Shown one piece after another: positions 1-8,892 of a stretch of 64,000 bases of DNA; positions within the stretch are counted from its first letter, which is position 1, and each line of letters begins with the position of its first letter. The position numbers and the translations under genes are program-made. The notes beneath the pieces were generated by a model. That model did no database searches and was not told the DNA's origin. It saw only the letters and a program-made list of their open reading frames with translations. Source of the stretch: Bacillota bacterium (lineage in GTDB: Bacteria; Bacillota; Clostridia; Christensenellales; DTU072). Location of the stretch: positions 2,464 through 66,463 of the forward strand of contig WQYD01000003.1 of the NCBI GenBank assembly GCA_009781445.1. The letters are read 5' to 3'.

Positions 1-156
1 GTTGCCGAGAGAAATATACGAAACACCCTGCGGTTTTAGCATATTTCTAAGCATTGTGCTTTTCCCAACCTGCCTCGGGCCGGTAACTATAACAACTTTC
101 TTCTTGTTTTTTACTCTTTCCACAACGGCTTCAATGTGCCTTTCTATATAATTCAT
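1..156 (-). CDS. AAA-family ATPase, N-terminal fragment (gene continues beyond left edge)
   Basis: Reverse translation from ATG at 154-156 gives MNYIERHIEAVVERVKNKKKVVIVTGPRQVGKSTMLRNML... with a Walker A loop (GPRQVGKST). Absent from the ORF track because it runs off the window. Confidence 0.6.
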   Translation of the reverse strand, partial: MNYIERHIEAVVERVKNKKKVVIVTGPRQVGKSTMLRNMLKPQGVSYISLGN

Positions 157-269
157 TACAACCTCTATTCGGAAATTATGATATCCAATGTCATTTTAGC
201 CGAAATTTAAAAGATTGTCAATTAGAACTGCGAAGTAATATAACTTTTCTGCAGGAAAAATTTCATTGC

Positions 270-299
270 AAAAGAACCGCACTAAAATGCGGTTCTTTT
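270..299 (-). terminator. Rho-independent terminator-like hairpin
   Basis: 10-bp stem aagaaccgca/tgcggttctt (272-281 / 288-297) with a 6-nt loop and a T-run on the minus strand, just downstream of CDS 357..737. Confidence 0.6.
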
Positions 300-356
300 G
301 CATGGGGGTTTTATATTTAAGTTTTAAGTTGTTTTAAGTTTTAAATTGTTTTTTGA

Positions 357-737
357 CTACAGCGGAACATCTTCGTCTATTATGATAAGTTCTTCAAAAT
401 CGTCAGGTTCAAAATATGCAGAGAGAGTGAAACGCATTGCCCTTACTAGCGGAACTTGGGGTTCGTCAAGAGTCATAGAGAAGCGTAAAGGCATAGGATC
501 GTCAAATATTATGATTTCAAGTTCGGGTTCAGGTACTACTTCAATTGTACTAAAGAAGCGTAGGGGGATGGGTTCGTCAACTATGTCAAGAGAAACTTTG
601 GCACGCAATGGAACTTCGTCATCAATTAAGTCAATAAAACTTGCCCTGATTGCGAATGCCCCTGCACCGAGTGCTAAGCATAGAACTAATGTTGCGCCGA
701 TTATTTTTTTAAGTTTATTTGTTTTAGTTGTTTTCAT
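357..737 (-). CDS. Small secreted repeat protein (hypothetical)
   Basis: Signal-like N-terminus (KKIIGATLVLCLALGAGAFA) followed by about 5 degenerate acidic D(D/E)xxPLR repeats. AAAGGAAA lies upstream of the ATG. The overlapping plus ORF 346..762 is judged a shadow. Confidence 0.5.
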   Translation of the reverse strand: MKTTKTNKLKKIIGATLVLCLALGAGAFAIRASFIDLIDDEVPLRAKVSLDIVDEPIPLRFFSTIEVVPEPELEIIIFDDPMPLRFSMTLDEPQVPLVRAMRFTLSAYFEPDDFEELIIIDEDVPL

Positions 738-1110
738 TTTAGTTGTTTCCTTTTTATTTTAGTTATTTGGTAGCCGTCCCACGGTGTGTTCTTTGGCTAA
801 CTTCAACCTATCATGTTATATTTTCATTGTCAATACCCCAAATTTTAGTAAATTAAAAGTAAAACCATGAAAGGAATATCGGCTGAATATTTGTGCTTTT
901 TGCGGTTTTTGTGAGAAACGGCAGATTTTTGAACGCGCGCGAAAACTTAGGTGCGTTTTGAGAGAATTTTTACCCAAATTTATCCCAAATTTTGTAAAAG
1001 TTATGCTAAAAATTATTATACTTTGTGGTATAATAATTTTGACACTACCAAGGTTGCTATTGTTTAAGGATTGTATCTTTAAGGTAGCAACAAAGCATGA
1101 GAGGCGGTTA

Positions 1111-2511
1111 ATGGGTGAATTCGTAGGCAGGCACGCGGAATTGAACACGCTTGAGAAAGAATACGCGAGGGAAAGTTCTTCACTCGTGGTTCTTTACGGC
1201 AGGTTGCGTGTGGGTAAAACCCGCCTTATCTCTGAATTTAAAAAACGCCACGGAAACTCTTTATACTTCCTTGCCACAGAGGAATCCGAGGCGCAGAATT
1301 TAAAAGCCTTTAAAGAACTTGTGGCAGATTTCACGGGAAATGTCCTTTTAAAAACCGCTGATGCGGATTGGGCTTTGGTTTTTAAACTTCTTGCTTCACA
1401 CAAAACGGAAACCAAGAAAATAATCGTCATGGACGAATTTCAATATATCGGACACCGCAACCCTTCATTCCCCTCAGAAATGCAAAAGATTTGGGACACG
1501 GTTTTGCAAGACGCGAATGTGATGCTGATTTTATCGGGTTCAATAGTATCCATGATGCGCGCGCAGATTTTGGATTACGATAGCCCCCTTTACGGCAGAA
1601 AAACAAGCAGAATTAAATTAAAGCAAATTGAATTTAAGCACTTTGGTGAATTTTTTAACGGTGAAAAACCTTCCATGGAATTGCTACCATATTATGCAAT
1701 CACGGGCGGTGTTCCCAAGTACATAGAAATTTTTAAGCCTTACGCTAACATTTATGAGGCAATTGAACAAACCGTTCTCTCTCATGATAGCTTTTTGTGC
1801 GAAGAACCTTTCTTCCTTTTGCAACGCGAAGTTAGCGAAATCGGCACTTACTTCTCACTGATTAAGGCTATTGCCTCAGGAAATTCCCGCCTATCCGATA
1901 TCGCTGAGGTTGCCGATATGCAAGCCACAAGCCTAACCAAATATCTTAAGGTTCTCACGGATTTAAACCTCGTGAAGCGCGAAGTGCCTGCCACGGAAGA
2001 TAACCCCGAATCAAGTAAATCGGGGCAATATAGCATAACGGATAATTACCTAACCTTTTGGTTTAGATTTATTTACCCCTACCGCGCCAATCTTGAACAA
2101 GGCGAAACCGCGCTTGTGCTTGAAAGGATTAAAACGGATTTCATGAAAAGCTATGTCCCACTTGTGTACGAACAAGTTTGCCATGAAACTATGTGGGAAT
2201 TATCCCGCCAAGAAAAATTTAAATTTCTTTTTAACAAACTTGGTAGCCATTGGGGCAAAAAAATTGAGGACACGGGCATAGTAGCCGTGGATTCAATCGG
2301 GAAAAACATTATCGTGGGTTGCTGTGAATATGCCACTGAACCCAAAGGCTTAAGCGTGCTTCGTGAACTTGAAAGCAAGGTAGATGCCCTAAAAGAACTC
2401 ACAGGAAGCAAAGGCGCGCAATTCGTAATCTTCAGCCCCTCAGGTTTCACCCAAGAACTAATTGAAGAAGCCATGGAAAGCCAAGATGTGGTTTTGGTGG
2501 AAGGGTTTTAA
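1111..2511 (+). CDS. ATP-binding protein, archaeal-type AAA ATPase with DUF234-like C-terminal region
   Basis: P-loop YGRLRVGKT and Walker B IIVMDEF. The ATG at 1111 is preceded by GAGAGG; the 958 start in the ORF track only adds a hydrophobic extension. Confidence 0.65.
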   Translation: MGEFVGRHAELNTLEKEYARESSSLVVLYGRLRVGKTRLISEFKKRHGNSLYFLATEESEAQNLKAFKELVADFTGNVLLKTADADWALVFKLLASHKTETKKIIVMDEFQYIGHRNPSFPSEMQKIWDTVLQDANVMLILSGSIVSMMRAQILDYDSPLYGRKTSRIKLKQIEFKHFGEFFNGEKPSMELLPYYAITGGVPKYIEIFKPYANIYEAIEQTVLSHDSFLCEEPFFLLQREVSEIGTYFSLIKAIASGNSRLSDIAEVADMQATSLTKYLKVLTDLNLVKREVPATEDNPESSKSGQYSITDNYLTFWFRFIYPYRANLEQGETALVLERIKTDFMKSYVPLVYEQVCHETMWELSRQEKFKFLFNKLGSHWGKKIEDTGIVAVDSIGKNIIVGCCEYATEPKGLSVLRELESKVDALKELTGSKGAQFVIFSPSGFTQELIEEAMESQDVVLVEGF

Positions 2512-2613
2512 TTACTTAACGCAAAGAACATTTTACATAAAAACATGGGCTACTTGATATAAAAACTAATTATATGGTATAATTTAAACATAAATTTAAG
2601 TAAAGAGGTTTAT

Positions 2614-2883
2614 ATGCCGTCAATATCTATGTTCTACGGAATTATAATATATATGTATGGGCGAGATAACAAGCAACATAATCTGCCACACATTCATGCG
2701 AAGTATGCTGGCGAATATGCGGTGTTTGACATTGCCACAGGCGAACTGCTTGACGGTAAAATACCGCAAAAGCAAATTCAGCTTGTTAAAACATGGATAT
2801 TGCTTAGGCAAGAAGAATTGTTTGCAAATTGGGAACTTGCCGTATCGGGCGATGTTCCTTACAAAATTTTGCCGTTGCAATAA
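2614..2883 (+). CDS. DUF4160-like small protein
   Basis: The N-terminus FYGIIIYMY...HNLPHIHAKY is the pattern I associate with DUF4160. An AGAGG RBS precedes it. Confidence 0.6.
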   Translation: MPSISMFYGIIIYMYGRDNKQHNLPHIHAKYAGEYAVFDIATGELLDGKIPQKQIQLVKTWILLRQEELFANWELAVSGDVPYKILPLQ

Positions 2884-2898
2884 GCACAGGGGCGGACT

Positions 2899-3135
2899 AT
2901 GATACGGATTACAAGCGTAATGCCACAAGACGATTATAAATTAGCCTTGGTTTTCTCAGACGGGAAAGCAGGGGTTTTTGATGCAAAGCCCTATTTGTAC
3001 ATGGGTGTTTTTAAAGAACTGCTTTGCCCTTCGCTTTTTAAAAGCGTTAGGATTGCCGATGCCACGATAGAGTGGGCAAACGGTGCAGACTTATGCCCAG
3101 ATTGCGTTTATTTGGAAACTAAATTTGTGCAATAA
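2899..3135 (+). CDS. DUF2442-like small protein
   Basis: 78-aa protein with ...I.W.NG.DL.PD.. at the C-terminus. It sits immediately after the DUF4160-like gene, a commonly seen pairing. Confidence 0.5.
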   Translation: MIRITSVMPQDDYKLALVFSDGKAGVFDAKPYLYMGVFKELLCPSLFKSVRIADATIEWANGADLCPDCVYLETKFVQ

Positions 3136-3168
3136 ACACTCTGCCGTAATTTTTGCAGGGTTCTTTTT

Positions 3169-3684
3169 TTAAAATTCTTTTTTAATCAAAACTTCCATTA
3201 TTTCGCCGATATAGAAATGGTGGAAATCTTTGTTAGGATAGACGGCTTTGGGGATTTCGCTGTTTACGAAGTGGGATTCGCAAATTTGCTGATTGCCGAA
3301 AAGTTTTTTGCAGATAAACACGCGGTTTGCTTCCTCAAATGTGGTTGTGCCGTTAATGAAGAGGGGGGTTAATCCTGATTCTTTAACCTTATCGCAATTT
3401 TTGCCTGATTTTGAACCAAGAAGCGAAAGTGCCTTTTTATACTCAGCAGGGAAAAAACTTACGGTAAATAATTCGTTATTATCAATAAACTCTTTGGTGA
3501 ACCGTTGGGGGCGCAAAACAATGTTAAGCACAGGCTTATACCACATTACGCCCATAAAGCCCCAACTTATCGTCATTGTGTTAAAGCTATCCTTGCTTCC
3601 TGCCGTAACCAAAGCCCATTCGTCATTAAGCATGGTAAACGGATTCATGTTAAGCGTTCTTAAATCTTGAACTTCAAATGCCAT
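3169..3684 (-). CDS. Flavin reductase-like (FMN-binding split-barrel) protein
   Basis: 171 aa. The motif ALVTAGSKDSFNTMTISWG...RPQRFT resembles the flavin reductase-like domain family. Confidence 0.6.
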   Translation of the reverse strand: MAFEVQDLRTLNMNPFTMLNDEWALVTAGSKDSFNTMTISWGFMGVMWYKPVLNIVLRPQRFTKEFIDNNELFTVSFFPAEYKKALSLLGSKSGKNCDKVKESGLTPLFINGTTTFEEANRVFICKKLFGNQQICESHFVNSEIPKAVYPNKDFHHFYIGEIMEVLIKKEF

Positions 3685-3844
3685 TTTAAACCTCTTTATG
3701 TTTTAAACCTTTTTATGTTTTGAAACCTATTTATATAATGATACGCACGCGCACACGCGTATATATTAACTATATCATATATTAAATGAAATATATTTGT
3801 TTTGGTTTGAAAATACCCCTAAAGTAGTATATACTTTTAATATT

Positions 3845-4699
3845 ATGAGTTATCAAATTGAACTTGTGTGTAAAATCGGCTCTATGGCACTTATCAATAA
3901 GGCTTACGGCGATGTGGATTATAACATTATCGCAAGGCTTTCGCGTGAATTAAAACCGGGGTATGTTTTGGTTACTTCGGGCGCAACCGAAATCGGGCGG
4001 ATTGATTATTTCAAACGGAACGGCAAAGAACTTGAGGGCGGTTGCAAGGAAGATATTAAAACCGATTATGCCTCTCAAGGGCAAATTGTGCTAATGGAAA
4101 CTTACAGAAGATTTATGAATTCTTCCTATTCCTTGCGCCAATTTTTGGTGGAACACCAACATTTTAATGACGAAAAGAAGCGCGAACACCTTAAAAACGC
4201 ATTGCTTCGTTGCCCTCTCGCCAACGCTGTGCCGATAATTAATTATAACGATCCTGTGAGTGATGAGGAAAACCGCAAACTTGAAATCCGCGCCCTGCGT
4301 GAAAAGCACAGCGGAAAAGCAGTGGCGGAATGCGTGGATAATGACGAAACCGCCTCTGAAATAGCCTGCCTTTTAAAGCCTAAGAACTTAATAATCTTCA
4401 CAGGGGTAGACGGAATTTTTACAAATGTAAACGATCCCGATTCATTAGTGAAAGAAATTTCGGCAAAAACCGCAAGCGAAACGGTGGAAAAAATTAACTA
4501 CTACCAAACCTTTTGCTCAGGCGCAAGCCGTGAGGGCGCAAACGGCGCAGGCATGAAACTGGAATTTATTAAGCAAGCGGTAATAAACGGCACAATCGTG
4601 TTTGTGGCGAACAGCAAATATTCTATTTCGGAAATCTTAAGCGGTGCTAAACCGTGTACGAAGATATTTATCAGCGCACAGCGCACAGTGAAGGAATGA
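3845..4699 (+). CDS. Amino-acid kinase family protein (glutamate-5-kinase-like)
   Basis: KIGSMALIN...VLVTSGATEIGR resembles the aspartate/glutamate/uridylate kinase fold. I prefer the ATG at 3845 over the TTG at 3797. The last residues (SAQRTVKE) and the stop codon lie inside repeat 4672-4804. Confidence 0.45.
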   Translation: MSYQIELVCKIGSMALINKAYGDVDYNIIARLSRELKPGYVLVTSGATEIGRIDYFKRNGKELEGGCKEDIKTDYASQGQIVLMETYRRFMNSSYSLRQFLVEHQHFNDEKKREHLKNALLRCPLANAVPIINYNDPVSDEENRKLEIRALREKHSGKAVAECVDNDETASEIACLLKPKNLIIFTGVDGIFTNVNDPDSLVKEISAKTASETVEKINYYQTFCSGASREGANGAGMKLEFIKQAVINGTIVFVANSKYSISEILSGAKPCTKIFISAQRTVKE

Positions 4700-4804
4700 T
4701 TTATAAGATATTTGATCCACGCCTGTTGCCTATTGCCTAATCAATAATGAGATTTAGAATCCACCATTGTGCGCTGTGCGCTGTGCGCTGTGCGTTGTGC
4801 GCTG
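4672..4804. repeat. Family-1 heptamer-array palindromic element
   Basis: (CAGCGCA)x2.5 - agtgaaggaatga - TTGCCTA-type array - core aataatgagatttagaatccacc - (TGTGCGC)x5. The closest copy is 44863-45015 in the opposite orientation. Confidence 0.9.
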
Positions 4805-4812
4805 AATTAATC

Positions 4813-5709
4813 TTATTTTTCCTCAAACTTGCCAAAAAATTGTGCGGTACTATACGCCGAATCCCTGTTAAACCGATTAAGCCTAAGCAGTGTTTCGGGG
4901 TTACCGCGTGAGATAATGTTTTCCCTTTCACAGCAATTAAAAATCATTTTAAAGCCCATTTCTTTTAAATATCCGCGGGTGGTTTTTTCAAATTTTCCGA
5001 AAGGATAAGCAAAGGTTACAGGGGTGAAATCACATTCCTTGATAATCTTATCTTGCAGGCGTTTAATATCTTTTTGAAGTTCTTCTTTGTAACCACATTC
5101 AGATTCACCGCCCTTTTTGCCCACGCCGTAACGCGGTGCGAATTTGTGCATATTGTAAGTATGGTTTCCTATTTCATAATTTTTGGAATCCGAAAGTGCT
5201 TTAATTTGATTCCATGTCATATAAGAATATTGGGGCTTGCTGTGTTCACCGCTTGCGGTGCTGAATTCGCAATGCGCGCCTATCACATTAAAAACCGCCT
5301 TGCACCCAAGTTTTTCAAGAATAGGAACGCCGTAATGAATGTTGTTATAATGCCCGTCATCAAAGGTTATCATAATGGGCTTTTTGGGAAGTGAACCGCC
5401 GTTTTCGCAAAAATTAATTACCTCGTGGGGAAGCACCGTTTCGTAGCCCCGCTTTTTAAGTTCGCGCAAATCATTTTCAAAATCCTTTGCAGAAACCACA
5501 TAGGTGCTGTTCTTGCGGGAATTTAAAATTTGGTGATACATTATTATAATCAACCGCCTTTCATTTGAATTAAAAACTTCGCTTGCCTCTGCTTTAGGGC
5601 TTTCCGCGGTTGAGGATAAACCTTTTTTAACAGAGAAACTTGCACCAAAAAATGCTAACGCGCAAATAAAAACCAAAGCTACCACGCTTAATAATACTTT
5701 CTTTACCAT
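4813..5709 (-). CDS. Polysaccharide deacetylase (NodB-homology) family protein, membrane anchored
   Basis: MITFDDGHYNN and later His motifs, with an N-terminal TM (VVALVFICALAFF). The start is set to the ATG at 5709; the longer ORF-track start overlaps the upstream gene. Confidence 0.75.
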   Translation of the reverse strand: MVKKVLLSVVALVFICALAFFGASFSVKKGLSSTAESPKAEASEVFNSNERRLIIIMYHQILNSRKNSTYVVSAKDFENDLRELKKRGYETVLPHEVINFCENGGSLPKKPIMITFDDGHYNNIHYGVPILEKLGCKAVFNVIGAHCEFSTASGEHSKPQYSYMTWNQIKALSDSKNYEIGNHTYNMHKFAPRYGVGKKGGESECGYKEELQKDIKRLQDKIIKECDFTPVTFAYPFGKFEKTTRGYLKEMGFKMIFNCCERENIISRGNPETLLRLNRFNRDSAYSTAQFFGKFEEK

Positions 5710-5740
5710 GCTTTTAGGGTGCGCGGTTTGTAAAAAATTA

Positions 5741-6676
5741 TTACTCAACCGCTTCCGCGGGCGCGCTTTCTTTGGCTTTTTTGGCGCGCGGATAAGAGGC
5801 AAGGGCTGTGCCGAGGCTAAAAAATGCCACAAGCGAAATGGTATCCGCAGGGTAAGGGAATGAAAACGATTCTTTAGGCGGTGCGATAACCTCGCGTGAT
5901 TCATATTGCGCAGTTGCGCCTGATATATAGTTAAATCCCTTGTTGCAAAGTATAAGCGTAAGGGGGCAAAACTTTGAACAGGCAGTACACCTTAATCGGC
6001 TTAAGAATTCTTTTAATGTTAGTTCGTTACCGCTTTCGTCCTCATAAACTGCGTCTGGGTAGCTATATTTTCCGCTTGGCGCACCGCCCGATAACGCCGA
6101 ATTAACTTCGTTTTTATAGGTAAAGGGTGCAACAATGTTTTCCCTTTCAGAGGTAAAGCCAAGCGTAAACACCCCTATTCCGCCTGCCACAATCACCACC
6201 ACGGCAAGCGCAGTTTTGGCTACTGCCAAAGGAATCTTTTTATTATTTAAAATTCTTCTAACAGGAATATGAAGCCCCAAGTGAACAGAGGCAAGAATTA
6301 AAAATGAATAAGCCACAAACCTGTGGATATTTAGCCACTGCCCGATTTCCGCACGCGGGTGATAAATTACCCCGCTAATAATAAATCCGCTTATCAATAT
6401 GATTACCGCCTGCGCTAAAAGGGTGAAATTTATTAAAAATGCGAATTTGGTTTTTAGTTTAATCTTCCACGAAAACAGCAACGGAACTATTTTCTTAATG
6501 CTTTTAAAGTTCAAAGAAAGATGCAAAACGAACAAAGAAAGCAACACATATCCCAAAACTTCATGCAGTAAAACATTGCCGTTAATTAACCGCATGGATA
6601 ATAGAAGCAATATTAGCATAACCGCGTCAAGGCAGATTTTGGTGATTTTTAAAGCTTTCCGCTTTGTTCTTTCCAT
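5741..6676 (-). CDS. Integral membrane protein, DUF4405-like (cytochrome-b-like His pairs)
   Basis: Multiple TM helices carry H...G......H..N patterns (LHEVLGYVLLSLFVLHLSLN; NIHRF...SVHLGLH). The C-terminal part is Cys-containing. Confidence 0.45.
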   Translation of the reverse strand: MERTKRKALKITKICLDAVMLILLLLSMRLINGNVLLHEVLGYVLLSLFVLHLSLNFKSIKKIVPLLFSWKIKLKTKFAFLINFTLLAQAVIILISGFIISGVIYHPRAEIGQWLNIHRFVAYSFLILASVHLGLHIPVRRILNNKKIPLAVAKTALAVVVIVAGGIGVFTLGFTSERENIVAPFTYKNEVNSALSGGAPSGKYSYPDAVYEDESGNELTLKEFLSRLRCTACSKFCPLTLILCNKGFNYISGATAQYESREVIAPPKESFSFPYPADTISLVAFFSLGTALASYPRAKKAKESAPAEAVE

Positions 6677-6727
6677 TTTTTTACTGTAACACTTCTTGCC
6701 TTAAAATGCAACTTCTTTGTTTTTTAA

Positions 6728-6756
6728 TTGCGTTGTTTGTTTTTTTATGTTAAAAT
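6728..6756 (+). promoter_or_regulatory. Sigma-70-like promoter for the 6868.. operon
   Basis: TTGCGT, a 17-nt spacer, then TAAAAT with TGT immediately upstream (extended -10). It would give a leader of about 100 nt. Confidence 0.4.
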
Positions 6757-6867
6757 TAGCTATCACAAAAATCCGATTGCGCTTACCTAAGGGGTTTTTA
6801 TCTACGGAAGCGTAACAATGGGTATAGTTGGAAACGGCTATGCCTCCCGTATTGGAAAGGAAGCAAT

Positions 6868-8886
6868 ATGAAGAAGTTTTTTAAAGTTACCACATTGTTA
6901 TTAGTTCTTGTGTTTGCAGGCACGCTTATTTTAACGGCTTGCAATGACGGAAATCCGAATAGTGCTATAAGCGATGACGATTACACGCTTACTATCAAAG
7001 GCTATTTAGATGACGGCAAAGATCTTGTAATCAAAAAGAGTGTTATCAAAGAGTTTTATGCAGAAAACCCCGATAAGCGCGCACCCGAAGACGGCGAACG
7101 CGTGGCAGGAATCCGCACCCACAAGGTAGACGGAAAGGACGAACTTATCACTTATGAGGTAAGCGGGGTTTATCTTGACGATATTTTGGCACTTTACGGC
7201 GAAAAAACCGCGTCTGACTTTGATGTTATGACGGTTATTTCCTTAGATGACGGCTATGAGAATATTTTAAAGCCCGACATTTTTGATACAACCAAGGGTG
7301 GCGTTAAAATGATTATTGCCCTATTTTATGAGGGTGAAGAATTAACGCAAGAATCCCAATCGGGCGCACTTCGTGCAGTTTTCCCCACAAAGGCTAACAA
7401 CGCTTGGGCAAAGCACCTTTGTGAAATAAGGTTTGGCGAAACCGCCCCTATGCAAGACGCAACCACCACTGCTTACTTTATGGAAACGCTAACGGACTTC
7501 GTGGATACCTTCTCAAAAGGTAACGCTTGGTACAGCGGTGTAAGCATTTCCGCACTTCTTGACGCAGGAATTCTTGCAGATAATGAAGATCTTTATATGT
7601 TCATTACAGGGTTTGACGAAGAAGAAGATTACCTCGTGGTAAAGAATTATCTTAATTACGCAAGCGCATTTTTAACTGATAAAATTTCTTTAACGGGCGA
7701 AAACGGGCAGTATAACGCACTTGCAAAAAGCCCTGTGTTTGACGGCGCGGATTATCTTAACGCATTAAAAATCAGCAACACAGCTTTCTTAACCCTTGGC
7801 AAAACCGCACTTGTTTCTTTTGCACAGCTTGCAGAACGCCACGCAAACGCACAAGGCGATTTAAAAGTTTCAGACATTTTAACCGAACTCAATATGCCTA
7901 AAACAGGCTTAGTTAATTACGAAGTTAAAGATACTAACGGTGAAATGGCGGTGCTTACCGCAGACATTTTCAACTCGGCAACTATTAAATCTGAGGGCGG
8001 TAATTTCGTACTTACCCACGCAAACGGCACGCTTAATATAGCTTCGTTTGTTTGTAAAGAATTTTCATTTTTGTTGGATATTCTTGACGGAAACGGTGAA
8101 TTGCTTCGCACAATAACCACCGCAGATTTAAATAAGCTTAAAGGTACAGTTCTGACGGTAACAAGTGGCGGTGGCGCAGTAACAGAATACCTCGGCTATG
8201 ATTTGGGGCAAGTTTTAACAACTGTTGGCGTGAGAGGCACATTTACAAGCATAACCGTAATAGAAAATGACGGTGGCGAATGGGGCAGAGATATTACCAC
8301 GCTTAACGGCGCGTTTATATCTGTGGGCATTGTAAATGCCAATAACGAACTAACAACGGACGCAAACGGCCCGCGTTATATAGGTGGCTTAAATGTGGGT
8401 GGCAGTAGCACCCGTTCAAGAACGGCTAAAATCCGCTTAGAGGGCTTTGAACCTGCACCCCTACCAATCTATTTTGACGACATTGAGGTTAATATTGAAA
8501 TCGTGCATGACGGAAATTTGCTATTCACTATAAAGAATGAACATTTTGCGGGAATAACCCCAACAGTTCTTATTGCCACCGATAACAACGACCGCCATTA
8601 TTTTTGCTACAGCATTGAGGCAATTTTGGCAAAGGCGAATGTGGACATTAGCGCGCTTGACTTTAACCGCATTGTTGCAAACGGCAAAACCTCACAGGGC
8701 GACCAAAACCAAGATAGGACTTACACCGCTTCGTCTTTGGCAAACACATATATCTCAGTGGCTTTTGGTAGCAATGCTTCAAATATAACCACCGATAGAG
8801 TAAGGTTCTTTATCTATGACCATGAGAAAAACCAAATCGGAACATTCTCACAGTTTACTTACAGGCTTAACCTTGTAACTATTTAA
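6868..8886 (+). CDS. Large extracytoplasmic lipoprotein (hypothetical)
   Basis: Lipobox LILTAC. 672 aa with several internally similar domains. One segment (GALRAVFPTKANNAWAKHLCEIRF) resembles the SUOX-fold Moco-domain C-terminal motif. Confidence 0.55.
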   Translation: MKKFFKVTTLLLVLVFAGTLILTACNDGNPNSAISDDDYTLTIKGYLDDGKDLVIKKSVIKEFYAENPDKRAPEDGERVAGIRTHKVDGKDELITYEVSGVYLDDILALYGEKTASDFDVMTVISLDDGYENILKPDIFDTTKGGVKMIIALFYEGEELTQESQSGALRAVFPTKANNAWAKHLCEIRFGETAPMQDATTTAYFMETLTDFVDTFSKGNAWYSGVSISALLDAGILADNEDLYMFITGFDEEEDYLVVKNYLNYASAFLTDKISLTGENGQYNALAKSPVFDGADYLNALKISNTAFLTLGKTALVSFAQLAERHANAQGDLKVSDILTELNMPKTGLVNYEVKDTNGEMAVLTADIFNSATIKSEGGNFVLTHANGTLNIASFVCKEFSFLLDILDGNGELLRTITTADLNKLKGTVLTVTSGGGAVTEYLGYDLGQVLTTVGVRGTFTSITVIENDGGEWGRDITTLNGAFISVGIVNANNELTTDANGPRYIGGLNVGGSSTRSRTAKIRLEGFEPAPLPIYFDDIEVNIEIVHDGNLLFTIKNEHFAGITPTVLIATDNNDRHYFCYSIEAILAKANVDISALDFNRIVANGKTSQGDQNQDRTYTASSLANTYISVAFGSNASNITTDRVRFFIYDHEKNQIGTFSQFTYRLNLVTI

Positions 8887-8892
8887 GAAGTA

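Noticed and set aside
346-762. Plus-strand 138-aa ORF overlapping 357..737.
   Set aside because: The minus-strand ORF has a signal peptide, an RBS and a downstream terminator. The plus ORF is Ser-rich low complexity and typical of an antisense shadow.
958-1110. Long N-terminal extension of the ATPase ORF, and similar extensions at 4813..5904, 33997..34764, 61548..61670 and 22765..22815.
   Set aside because: The extensions are hydrophobic or low-complexity and overlap neighbouring genes or promoters. Internal starts have proper RBSs and match the expected family N-termini.
1-3135. Possible defence or toxin-antitoxin island (two AAA ATPases plus a DUF4160/DUF2442 pair).
   Set aside because: Only generic ATPase motifs are present. 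There are no nuclease, methylase or effector genes, and no flanking mobility signals. The evidence is insufficient to call a system.
4741-4804. Heptamer arrays as a possible CRISPR array.
   Set aside because: The units are 7 nt and directly tandem, with no unique spacers. Arrays are only 15-45 nt long and no cas genes are present.
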